Notes under the pieces: generated by a model
Told to the model about the DNA's origin: nothing
Databases searched by the model: none
The model's input: the letters and a program-made list of their open reading frames with translations, nothing else
Made by a program: the position numbers and the translations under genes
Shown here: in pieces, positions 31,101-39,456 of the stretch
Layout of the letters: every line of letters begins with the position of its first letter
Position numbering within the stretch: position 1 is the stretch's first letter
Origin: Myxococcales bacterium
Lineage (GTDB): Bacteria > Myxococcota_A > UBA9042 > JABWCM01 > BTVJ01
Assembly (NCBI GenBank): GCA_045863395.1
Contig: BTVJ01000055.1
Location: 1-50,073 of the forward strand
DNA length: 50,073 bases
Direction: 5' to 3'

Positions 31101-32523
31101 CCAAGGCCGCGAGCGCGGCGCCGTGCTCGGCGCGGTGGGCGGCGGCGTCGTCGATCCGGCGTGAGAGGTCCCGCCGCTCGGCGTCCACCGCCGCCTGCTC
31201 CGCTGCCGCGTCACCCGCCCGCGCTCCGGCGTCGTCCGGCTCCAGCAGCGGGTCGAAGCGCCGCGCCTCTGCGAGGCGCTCCGTGGTGCGCCGGTGGCCG
31301 GCGGCCCGCCTGTGCAGCTCGTCGAGGCCCCGCTGGAGGTCGGCGAGGCCCGCGGCGGCGCGCTCCCGCGCCTCGCTGGCGCCGTCCAGCTCCCGCGCGG
31401 CCGCCCTGTGCTTGTCCTCAGATTCAGTGCGGCGCTCCCGCGCGCGCACACGCTCCTCCTCCGCGCGGGCCAGCGCCCCCGCCCTCCGCTCCGCCTCCCG
31501 CGCCCAGCCCAGCGCCTCGGCGACCCGGCGCGCCCACGCCTCTGCGTCCGCGACGGCCTGCGCCGCCCCGGCCTTGCCCTCCACGGCCTCCGCGAGCGCC
31601 GCCCGCGTCGAGGCGAGGGCCTGCGCCGCCGCCGCCGCCGCGTCCTCTGCGCCCTGCCGGCGCTCCTCCGCGTCCCGGACCCGGCGCGCCATCTCCTCCG
31701 CGCGCAGACGCGTCGCGGCGAGGGCGGCGGCAAACATCTGCTCGCCCGCCTCGTGGATGGCGCCTATCTCCCGCTCCAGCCGCTGCGCCTCCTGCACGTC
31801 GCGGCGCGTGCGTCGGCACGTGTCCAGGTTGGCGCGCATGCGCTGGAGCGTCTCGGCGAGGCCGCCCTCCTCCCGCAGCAGGAAGGACCGCAGGTCCTGG
31901 AGCAGCCCCTTGGACATGCCCCCCGTCATGCTCGTCTTGAGCATCTCGTTGAGCTTGCTGCGCTCCTCGTCGGTGCCGAGGCGCATGGGCGTGATGCCCA
32001 GCTCGAAGAGCGCCCCGAAGTACTCGCGCGCCGAGGGAAACACCTGCAGGCGCGCCCCGAGTCGTGCCACGCGGTCCCGCAGCTCGGAGAGCTCCGGCAC
32101 GTGCTCAAGCTCCCCGCTGGCGATGAGCAGCAGGTCCTGGAGGCGGATGTCTGGCGCGAGCCCCGTGACCAGGAAGGGCGTGGGCTCGACGGTGGGCTCC
32201 CCCTTGCGCTCCAGGTGGACGCCGGCGAGCACGCGCTCGCCCCGCACCCCAAACTCCAGCGCCGCGTAGGACGGGCGCCCCAGCTCCCCGAGGCGCCCCC
32301 AGATGCCTTTGTCGCCGCCGGTGGCGCCGGTCTCGCCGAGGTTCGTGAAGCGGAGGCGCGTCATGTCGGGCAGGAGCACCACGTAGGCCGCGACCATCAC
32401 CGTGGTCTTGCCGGCGCCGTTGTCGCCCTCCAGGGCGGTCACGTGGCGGTCGAGCTCGTAGCGCTCGTAGAAGACGCCCTTCCAGTTGACGAGGGCGAGG
32501 GCCTGGGCGCGGACGCGGCTCAC
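28147..32523 (-). CDS. mukB: Chromosome partition ATPase MukB (1458 aa)
   Basis: LVNWKGVF, Walker A GDNGAGKTT, long coiled coils, hinge LLGPLAHALIVPDL, LLDYREY, signature LSTGEAIG, Walker B FLFLDEANRLD, QLLVASPE. Confidence 0.93.
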   Translation of the reverse strand: MSRVRAQALALVNWKGVFYERYELDRHVTALEGDNGAGKTTVMVAAYVVLLPDMTRLRFTNLGETGATGGDKGIWGRLGELGRPSYAALEFGVRGERVLAGVHLERKGEPTVEPTPFLVTGLAPDIRLQDLLLIASGELEHVPELSELRDRVARLGARLQVFPSAREYFGALFELGITPMRLGTDEERSKLNEMLKTSMTGGMSKGLLQDLRSFLLREEGGLAETLQRMRANLDTCRRTRRDVQEAQRLEREIGAIHEAGEQMFAAALAATRLRAEEMARRVRDAEERRQGAEDAAAAAAQALASTRAALAEAVEGKAGAAQAVADAEAWARRVAEALGWAREAERRAGALARAEEERVRARERRTESEDKHRAAARELDGASEARERAAAGLADLQRGLDELHRRAAGHRRTTERLAEARRFDPLLEPDDAGARAGDAAAEQAAVDAERRDLSRRIDDAAAHRAEHGAALAALAAIAGNAQGAAARPVEPLHAARAALAEVRAWRELAGRPALREELRAAEAEARRQARVRERALGLIPGEASRDALGAALGAVEAALGAAEERARSAAAAHVEATRMLETRHVEIHTLEARAAAHRDLAARAALLSGAGAPVVDRPSLDAARAALVERLTTARALSASLTARRESLLTESRALLSGGTWPPELLALRDELTAELLAVHFDEAGDEAAELEALLGPLAHALIVPDLDAATTRAAGRAASLPTVWLVAEDAALPEARETGRSGRDVVVDEGDARRITRVPERPTLGRAARERRAAELRTEADALAGEIEEAREAERSAAALLREGDALLEGAALWLAGAPDVEGARRAARAAEAAGRAAQVDLAQAQAEAAALRPRHRALRELLPDAALLDPPDLEARALALREAMVAAEHAARELARAGDAPATLERHLEALRHPPWSDADVTEATTRRAALDARRDALGEAAEALRYVAAHREELRWTDAAARLEESQDLVPALKEQLDAAKERFDRAQSAERAARSARDAATGASIEADARHANASASHDEARQRLAESGVDPTGELLAEAQAAEAASRAALTAAEATVGRLQHEVGRCESAREAAERDAASARTTEEDERRQARPALDAWDRLRPQVEAAGLLQAAPPVLEGSSVSLFAAALGRRDVLVVRLEAAHGGPALLAEVRKCLDAGQTGEGYLCAWLLVRDWLRSRLPAQIADVAEPLLALARFRDHLVGLVERLDRQERDLRGTSEDVARGIDVQIRKAQGRVRRLSDHLGGVRFGSVRGIRVRMQRVAEMEQVLRALRSGEAQGLLFQADVPVEDALEAIFKRYGGGRTGGQRLLDYREYIRLHVEVLRQGSADWEEANPTRLSTGEAIGVGAALMMVVLTEWERDATLLRGKRTLGSLRFLFLDEANRLDQANLGTLFDLCRSLDLQLLVASPEVARAEGCTVFRLVRTRGEGGREEVRVSGRRVVTEAELVGAP

Positions 32524-33158
32524 GGCTCGTCCCCCTCGTCGGTCTCGGGCACCTCGATCTCGCCGAGCGCGATGAGCCGCTCCAGGGCCGCCGCCGGGTC
32601 TGCGGCGGCGCGGGCGGGCTCGGCGAAGCGCATGAGAGCCGGGCGCAGGCGGAGCCGCTCCCCGTCGACGTCCACGAAGCCGAGGTCGGTGAGCCCCCGC
32701 AGCGCGGCCGCCAGCTCCTTGCGCACATTCTCGGCGGCGACCCGCTCGTCCCGGCCCCGGCGGCGGTTCAGGGAGCGGAGCAGGTTGTCCTGGCCCACGA
32801 TGCCCGCGAGGCGCCGGAGCACCTCTTCTCGTTCCACCACGCCCCCCTCTTCGAGCGTCGCCGGGTCGAGGTAGAGCAGGGCGAGGGTCTGCCCCACGAG
32901 CATCTCGCCGGCGGTGAGCTGGCGCCGCCCGAGCCGGTCACCGCGCGGGAGCAGGTAGAAGTAGCCGTCGCTCTTGTGGACCAGCTCGGCGCCGAAGCGC
33001 CGGTAGAAGGGCTCCAGGTGGTCCAGGGCGTCCACGAGGAACGTGTACGCGGCGTCGTCCTCCCGCCCGACGTGGCGCCCGCGGCGGAGCAGGAGGTCCA
33101 CCTCGGGGAACAGGTCGTCGAGGATCGCGTCCTCCAGACGATGGTAGGACGAGCTCAC
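32520..33158 (-). CDS. mukE: MukE KITE subunit
   Basis: LFPEVDLLLRRGRHV, FYRRFGAELV..DGYFYLLPR, EMLVGQTLALLYLDP, LMRF; GTG start overlaps the mukF stop. Confidence 0.9.
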   Translation of the reverse strand: MSSSYHRLEDAILDDLFPEVDLLLRRGRHVGREDDAAYTFLVDALDHLEPFYRRFGAELVHKSDGYFYLLPRGDRLGRRQLTAGEMLVGQTLALLYLDPATLEEGGVVEREEVLRRLAGIVGQDNLLRSLNRRRGRDERVAAENVRKELAAALRGLTDLGFVDVDGERLRLRPALMRFAEPARAAADPAAALERLIALGEIEVPETDEGDEP

Positions 33159-34480
33159 GCGCGCTCCTGGCGGGTGATCGCCCACTGCTCGATCTCGAGG
33201 CCCGCAGCCGCTGCTCCCACGGGGACCCACGGCCGCTCCCGCTCGGACCGGGGCCGGGCGAGGCGCGCGACCAGCGCCGCCACCTGTCCCGCCGCCCCGA
33301 AACGACGCTCCGGCGACAGCGCCGCGAGGACCCGCGCCGTCACCTCCGAGAGGGTCGCAGCGGCGTCGTCGAGGGCCGCGCTGACCAGCGCGTCCAGGGG
33401 AAGGTCGCCCGCCGCGAGCTCCTCGGGCGGCAGCTCCCGGTTCACCCGCGCGCGCACCACCGGTGGGCGCTCCACGTCGCGGCTCGCGTCCCGGAGGAGG
33501 CGGATGCCGGGGGCGCGCGTCGCGGTCAGGTGGAACGGCCGCGAACTCCACCCGGCGAGCTGATCGCGAAGCCGCTGCGACAGCGCCCGGTCGGGGTCGA
33601 GGCGCACCACGTCCCGCAGGTACCGGTGAACGTATTGATAATAGTCGGACCAGGCGCGCTGGCGGGCGTCGCCCCACACGGCGACGCGGTCGACGTGCTC
33701 GGTCACCCGCTGGGCGGCGTCCTGGGCCGCCGTCATTCCCGCCGCCTCGGCGAGGTCGTGGATCTCCTGCAAGAGCGCCGCGAACTGGTGCGTGTCCCGC
33801 AGCAGCACCTCGTTGAGCTCCGCGAGGGTGGCGGTCGTGGTGTCGAGGAGCGTCTGGGCGTCGTCGACGGCGCCGAACCAGTCCGCCTGGAGGAGCCCGG
33901 CGATGTCCTTGCGGACCTGCTCCTGCGCGACATCGAGGCCTCGCTGGCGCCGCTCGATGCCGGCCACCAGGTCCCCCACCGTGACCCGGAGGGGGCCGAC
34001 GACATGCGCGGTCCACGCTTCTTCATCGCTGGCCCGCGCCGCGGCGCCCCGAATCTCGGCGAGCTGTCCGAGCAGCGTCCGGGTGAGCAGGGTCAGGCTC
34101 TCGCGGGTGAGGGCGTCGTCCGCCAGGAAATACTCGACGACCGCGGCCGCGAGCCGCGTCAGGGTGTACTCTCCCGCTCGCACGATGCCCGCGCCGTCCA
34201 CCCGGGCGAGCATCCGCTGGTCGCGGAGCCTCTGGACGGCGTGCGTCGCCCGCTTGCGGGGATTCTCTGCCCCAGGATCGACCATGTCGCAGACCTGCTC
34301 GAACAGGTCAATCAGCGCGTCGTCCCCAAAAGAAGCCAGCGCGTCGCGGTCTGCCCGCAGGTAGAGCCCCGCAAGGCAGCACAGGTCGAAGGTGGTCAGA
34401 TCGAGGCTCACCCGGTCACGAGACAGGGCGGCGACGAGCGTGTTCGGGTCGGTCCGGCGGTCGAGCATGTGGTCCCGCAT
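33155..34480 (-). CDS. mukF: MukF kleisin (about 441 aa; alternative start 34468)
   Basis: RATHAVQRLRDQRML, YTLTRLA, IERRQRGLDVAQEQVRKDIAGLLQADW, VHRYLRDVVRLDPDRALSQRLR. Confidence 0.9.
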   Translation of the reverse strand: MRDHMLDRRTDPNTLVAALSRDRVSLDLTTFDLCCLAGLYLRADRDALASFGDDALIDLFEQVCDMVDPGAENPRKRATHAVQRLRDQRMLARVDGAGIVRAGEYTLTRLAAAVVEYFLADDALTRESLTLLTRTLLGQLAEIRGAAARASDEEAWTAHVVGPLRVTVGDLVAGIERRQRGLDVAQEQVRKDIAGLLQADWFGAVDDAQTLLDTTTATLAELNEVLLRDTHQFAALLQEIHDLAEAAGMTAAQDAAQRVTEHVDRVAVWGDARQRAWSDYYQYVHRYLRDVVRLDPDRALSQRLRDQLAGWSSRPFHLTATRAPGIRLLRDASRDVERPPVVRARVNRELPPEELAAGDLPLDALVSAALDDAAATLSEVTARVLAALSPERRFGAAGQVAALVARLARPRSERERPWVPVGAAAAGLEIEQWAITRQERA

Positions 34481-34489
34481 TCCGGGCAG

Positions 34490-37400
34490 CTACGGCGCCG
34501 GCAGCAGCTCTTCGCGCCCGATGGCGCCCTCGGCGACCTCGGAGACGGTGAACCGCATGGGCAGAGTCTCGTTGGCGAGCCACAGGACGAGCTGATCGTG
34601 GAAGTGGGGGCTGCTCGTCAGCCCCGACTGCCCGCCCGGGATGATGTTGCGCCCCTCCACCTTGCCGCCGCCGAGCGCCACGACCATGCGCATGACGGGC
34701 CCGCTCCCGTGGGTGAAGGTCTTGCCGTTGAGGCCGGAGTTTGCGGCGTCCACCGCGTCCTGGTCGCCGTGGCGGGGGAACCACCGGAGGCCCTTGCGGG
34801 GGTCGCCGGCGGGCAGGGACTCCGCCAGCGGGAGCTTCTTCGTGTCGATGCTGAACAGATCCGCGATGAAGGCGTAGTCCGAACCCGCATCGAAGAACTC
34901 GGCGAGGATGGACTCGAAGCGGGCCTGGTGGCGGAGACCCCAGAGCCACTTGCCCATGTCGGTTGTGCCGAATCCGCCCGTGTCCGAGGTGGCCGGGGCG
35001 CTCCGGAGATGGTCGAGGGCCTCGATGAGCGAGAGGAGCATGATCTCGTCGCTGCGCTCCAGCTCCGGTGTCTGGAGCACGTCGAAGAAGATGGACTCCT
35101 CCGTCTCGTCGTGCCAGGAGGCCAGCTCGCGTGGGTTGTCGGGGCCTCGGCCGTCGAGCATGTACAACAGGGTGCGGATGCGCCCGTCGTTGCCGCCCGG
35201 GCGCCACACGCCGGGGAGCCCCTCGTCGTCGAAGGTGCGCTTCATCATGGCGCCTATCCAGGCGTTGAAGATCATGGTCGCTACCGAGGCGTCCGCGTCC
35301 CCCTCCGCCGGCTTGGAGTAGAAGGTCTCGACGCCCGAGCGCGCCTCGTATCCAAGGCCTGCCCACGTGGTCAGCCGCTGCTCCACCTCGGTCAGCGCCG
35401 CGTCGCTCTCGTACAAGGTCGCGAGCCGCGCCTCGTGCTCCGGCAGCAGGCCCCCCACCTGGGTCAGCGCCCGCGCCTTCTGGATGGCGCCGACGAGGTA
35501 CGGCGCGAACATCTGCCCCAGCCGGGACCGGGCGTTGGCCTGGATGCGCTGCATGGCGTCCAGGTCCGCCGTGCCCGCCGCGATGGCCGCCTTCAGCTCG
35601 CCCGAGATGGTATCCATGCGGATGCCCGCGTCGAAGGGGCCGCCGATGTACCACGGGTCGTTGCTCAGGTCCTTGTCGAAGGTCATGCCCGCCGGGTCGT
35701 TGTTGGCGTTGGCCAGGAAGCCCTGCGCCGGGTCGGTCTCCGCCGGGTAGGCGGCGAAGGGCACGATGCAGCGAGAGGGGTCGGCCTTACCCGGGGCCTC
35801 GTCGTTCTTGCCGTCCTTCATGGGGACCTGGAAGCCGCCGTACTTGGTGCCGTCCAGCAGGAAGCTCGGGTCGGCCCCGGCGACCCAGCGCCCCTGCTCG
35901 TCGCGCTCCAGCCCGCTGCGGCAGGGCACCCCTTGATACCCGCTGTAGAAGATGCTGCCCGCCTGGTCCGAGGCGACGAAGTTCTGCGTGTAGGCGTTGA
36001 GGCCGCGCATGGCCTCGTGGAACTCGCCGACGTCCGCCGCGTGGCCCATGGCGTCGATGGCGCCCGCGAAGCCCATGGAGTCGAGACCCGTGTAGTCGAA
36101 GCTGATGGCGCTGACCTTGCCGTCGCCGTCCTGGTCGCCCGGCACGATGAGGTCGCCGCCCAGGTCGATCAGCGCCTCGCCAGGGGCCAGCTCCTCGTCC
36201 TTCTTGGCCTCTCTGCCCTCCACCTCGGCGATCCACCGGCCGTCGAACGTGGTCCAGCGGGTGACGGTGACCGTCCCGCCCTCGCTGCCGAGGAGCGGGA
36301 TGTCCGCCACCGTGTAGGACTCCTCGTGGGCGACGAGGGGGTGCCACGCGCCTTTGAACCGGGACGCGGCAGGCAGACCGTCCGCGAGCTGGAGCTCCTC
36401 CGCGTACCAGTCCGTGATGTCACCCGACTGCTGGGTGTGGCTCCACGCGACCTGGCCGTTGGTGCCGAGGCCCACCATGGGGAGCCCGGGGATGGTCAGG
36501 CCCAGCAGGTGGGTGTCGCCGCCCCCGAGGACCGACGTGTCGAGGCCCGCCTGGATCAGGAAGGACGGCACGGACAGGGACAGGTGGCCGTCCCCGGCCA
36601 GCAGGGAGCGCCCGTCGCTGGAGGAGCTGCCCGCCACCGCCCACGCGTTGGAGCCGAAGCCCTCGTCCAGATCGCGGCGGAAGGGGACGATCCACCGCTC
36701 CAGGCGCGCGCTCAGGCGCTGGAGCAGCTCGGGCGGGACCGCAGGGGCGCCCGACATGCTCTTCGACTTCGGTGGGAGGGGCGCGACGGGGCCCGTGCCC
36801 TGCTTGCCGACCAGCCCCGGGGCGGAGGCGTGGGGGAAGATGGGCTCGATGTGGTCCCAGATGTCGACTCGGGCGCCGGTGCGGCGGAGCTCCTCGAAGG
36901 GGGCGCCGGCGAAGAGGCCGTCGAGCTGGTTGAGGGTGGCCGTGCGGCCCACGTCCCCGGTCTCGAAGCTCGCCTCGTACTGGACGACCACGATGATGCC
37001 CGCGAGGGAGAGGCGGTCGAAGGGCACCATGAGATCCGCCGGGTTGGCGGCGCCGAGCAGCGGGCCCGCCAGCTCCAGCTCCGTCGCCAGGGGGAGCTCG
37101 CCCGCCTTCACGCGCTCGATGTACGTGTTGACCCCGGCGGCGTAGGCGTCGAACACCGCGCCCAGCTCCGGGGACAGGGTCGCCGCCGTCTGCTCGGCGA
37201 TGGCGCGCTGGCCGTTGAGTCGGACCTGCATGTCGGTCTCGAGGGCGGCGTCGCCCAGGAGCTCCGACAGGGTGCCGAGGCCCAGGCGCCGGGCGAGGTC
37301 CATCATGAACCAGCGGTCCCGCGCCGAGACGAAGCCGAAGGCGAAGGCCAGGTCCTCGCGGGTGGCGGCGTAGATGTGGGGCACGTTGGCCTCGGTGCGC

Positions 37401-37747
37401 ACCACCTGGACCGGGGCGCTCAGGCCCTCGAAGGTCCAGGTCTCCGTCGCGGGGATGGCGAGGAGGCGCTCCGGGTCCGTGAGGGAGGTGTCCGGGGGCG
37501 TGGAGGTGTCGGTGGTGTCCAGCGTTGTCGCGTCGCCGGCATCGCTCGCGTCAGCGGCGACGTCGGAGCCGGAGTCCGTGGCTAGGGCCGTGTCGCCCGC
37601 ATTCGGGGTGGCGCTGTCGGCCGCCGAGGCTCCGTCCGTCAGCGGGGCGCCGCCTGCGTCCTGCGCGGGGTCCGAGTCGTCGGCGCAGCCGCCCAGCGCG
37701 GCCATCAGGGCTAGGAGGCGGGCCAGCCCGCGCGTCGTGTCTCTCAT
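34490..37747 (-). CDS. Penicillin acylase family (Ntn hydrolase, S45) lipoprotein
   Basis: Lipobox-like LMAALGGC; acidic linker; VPHIYA..FGFVSARDRWFMMDL; G|SNAWAV nucleophile; GDGHL; NANND; PGGQSG. Confidence 0.92.
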   Translation of the reverse strand: MRDTTRGLARLLALMAALGGCADDSDPAQDAGGAPLTDGASAADSATPNAGDTALATDSGSDVAADASDAGDATTLDTTDTSTPPDTSLTDPERLLAIPATETWTFEGLSAPVQVVRTEANVPHIYAATREDLAFAFGFVSARDRWFMMDLARRLGLGTLSELLGDAALETDMQVRLNGQRAIAEQTAATLSPELGAVFDAYAAGVNTYIERVKAGELPLATELELAGPLLGAANPADLMVPFDRLSLAGIIVVVQYEASFETGDVGRTATLNQLDGLFAGAPFEELRRTGARVDIWDHIEPIFPHASAPGLVGKQGTGPVAPLPPKSKSMSGAPAVPPELLQRLSARLERWIVPFRRDLDEGFGSNAWAVAGSSSSDGRSLLAGDGHLSLSVPSFLIQAGLDTSVLGGGDTHLLGLTIPGLPMVGLGTNGQVAWSHTQQSGDITDWYAEELQLADGLPAASRFKGAWHPLVAHEESYTVADIPLLGSEGGTVTVTRWTTFDGRWIAEVEGREAKKDEELAPGEALIDLGGDLIVPGDQDGDGKVSAISFDYTGLDSMGFAGAIDAMGHAADVGEFHEAMRGLNAYTQNFVASDQAGSIFYSGYQGVPCRSGLERDEQGRWVAGADPSFLLDGTKYGGFQVPMKDGKNDEAPGKADPSRCIVPFAAYPAETDPAQGFLANANNDPAGMTFDKDLSNDPWYIGGPFDAGIRMDTISGELKAAIAAGTADLDAMQRIQANARSRLGQMFAPYLVGAIQKARALTQVGGLLPEHEARLATLYESDAALTEVEQRLTTWAGLGYEARSGVETFYSKPAEGDADASVATMIFNAWIGAMMKRTFDDEGLPGVWRPGGNDGRIRTLLYMLDGRGPDNPRELASWHDETEESIFFDVLQTPELERSDEIMLLSLIEALDHLRSAPATSDTGGFGTTDMGKWLWGLRHQARFESILAEFFDAGSDYAFIADLFSIDTKKLPLAESLPAGDPRKGLRWFPRHGDQDAVDAANSGLNGKTFTHGSGPVMRMVVALGGGKVEGRNIIPGGQSGLTSSPHFHDQLVLWLANETLPMRFTVSEVAEGAIGREELLPAP

Positions 37748-37884
37748 GGGTGCCTCTCGGTGCGAGTCGGGCGTCACCGTAGCAGATGCCCGCGCGGCCG
37801 ACCAGACGGTTTCCCCCTGGCCGGATCTGTGCTTCCATGGCGCGTCCCGACGACGGGGCCGGGCGCTCACCAGGGAGGTCACCG

Positions 37885-39456
37885 ATGCTTCGACCCGCAC
37901 TGCTGCTTCTGGGTTGGTGGTCCGTCGCCCAGGCTGCGCCCGCCGAGCGCGAGACCATGCTCCGCGACGTGGACACGGACGCGGTGGCCGCGGCTCTGGA
38001 GCTGGGCGCGCCCCTGCCGGACGGGTCGCACCTCAGCGCCCGCATCGAGCGGGACCGGGTGCTGGTCACCGCTGGAGCCCCGGATGCGCCGGCGCTGTCC
38101 ATCGCGCTGGTGGCCGCACTGGAGGCTCCGGAGGGGACTCCGGTCGCAGCCGGGACGGCGCTGATCGCTGATCCAGGGCCGGCGCCCGGGGCGCTGGTGG
38201 CCGACGTCCTGGCGCGGCTCGGGCGCGCCCCGAGGATCCCCTGGCGCACGGTGTCCCTGTGGCGCCTGCGGGGAGGGCCCGCGGGAGAGGCGCTGGTGCA
38301 GGTCGCCCACCTCATCGAGCGGGGCGAGGTCTCCGAGGCCCGCGCAACGCTGGACGCCGTGGACCTCGCCGGCCCCCGCGAGCGCATCCGGGCGGCGGCG
38401 CTCCGCCAGCGGCTCGGGGAGCCGGAGCGGGCACGCGCCCTCCTCGACGGCGTGGAGGTGCGTGCGCCCGTCAACCGCGCCCTGGTGGCGGTGGTCTCCG
38501 GTGGGGACCCGGACCTGGCGGGCGTCGAGGCCGATCCATGCCCCTACGCGGAGGTCGCTCAGGCGCTGGCGTTCACGGGGCGACGGGAAGCCTCCCTGGC
38601 TGTCGCGAGGTCCGTGCGCACCGCGGACCCCGGGTGCGGGTCGGCGTGGGTGGCGGAGATGGAGGCGGCGCTGGCGGTCGCGGCCCCCGACGCGGCGGAC
38701 GTCGCGGCCGCGGCGGTGGCGGCGACCGACGACCCGGCGGTCATCGAGGGCGCGGCGGGCGTGTGGACGGCGACGGGGGACCCGGAGCGTGCGGTCCGCG
38801 CCCTGGAGGCGGTGGTCGGGAAGGGGCGCTACGGGCCGGCCATCCTGGTGGGGCCCTTCTGCCGCGACCGGGCGACCATGGACCGCCTGTTACCGGAGCT
38901 CGAGGCCCGCCTCGCCGACCCCGTGGACACGGTGGCGCGCTACCTGGTGGGGGTGGCCGCCCACTACCGCAACGAGTTCGAGCGCTCCAACGAGCTCCTG
39001 CTTGCCCTGGAGCGCCGGTGGCCGAAGGATCAGCGGCTCCAGATCTACGTGGCCATGAACGACTTCAACCTGGGGAACGCCAGCGCGGCGCTCCACCGCC
39101 TGAACGAGGCGGCGCGGTCACAGGTCGTGGATCTGGACGTCTTCTACTGCCGCGCCGAGGTCGTGCGCGACACGGACCCGGCGCTGGCGCTGGCGGATCT
39201 GCGGCGCACTGCCGCGCTGGCCCGCGCCCACCCGGGGCACTCACCGGAGAAGGACGCCCGCCTGGAGGAGCTGATGCGCGCCCTGGAGGGCTGCATCGCC
39301 ACCGGGGAACGCCCGTGCGGAGGCCCCTGGGAGCACCCGCGGCGACAGGGGACGGTGGAGGCGAGCGAGGTGGGTGGGCCGCCGGTCGCGGTCCTGGTGG
39401 GCCTGGGCATCGTAGCGGTGCTGGTCATCGTCGTGGCGGCGCGGCGCGCCCGGTGA
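37885..39456 (+). CDS. Exported TPR-like helical protein with C-terminal TM anchor
   Basis: Signal peptide MLRPALLLLGWWSVAQA; helical repeats; C-terminal VAVLVGLGIVAVLVIVVAARRAR. Confidence 0.7.
   Translation: MLRPALLLLGWWSVAQAAPAERETMLRDVDTDAVAAALELGAPLPDGSHLSARIERDRVLVTAGAPDAPALSIALVAALEAPEGTPVAAGTALIADPGPAPGALVADVLARLGRAPRIPWRTVSLWRLRGGPAGEALVQVAHLIERGEVSEARATLDAVDLAGPRERIRAAALRQRLGEPERARALLDGVEVRAPVNRALVAVVSGGDPDLAGVEADPCPYAEVAQALAFTGRREASLAVARSVRTADPGCGSAWVAEMEAALAVAAPDAADVAAAAVAATDDPAVIEGAAGVWTATGDPERAVRALEAVVGKGRYGPAILVGPFCRDRATMDRLLPELEARLADPVDTVARYLVGVAAHYRNEFERSNELLLALERRWPKDQRLQIYVAMNDFNLGNASAALHRLNEAARSQVVDLDVFYCRAEVVRDTDPALALADLRRTAALARAHPGHSPEKDARLEELMRALEGCIATGERPCGGPWEHPRRQGTVEASEVGGPPVAVLVGLGIVAVLVIVVAARRAR

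Noticed and set aside
33530..37585. Very long + strand ORF (1351 aa), and similar ones at 9698-13615, 16830-20195, 7399-9978 and 28546-31164
   Set aside because: Antisense shadows of clearly identified genes; expected in very GC-rich DNA and lacking any motifs.
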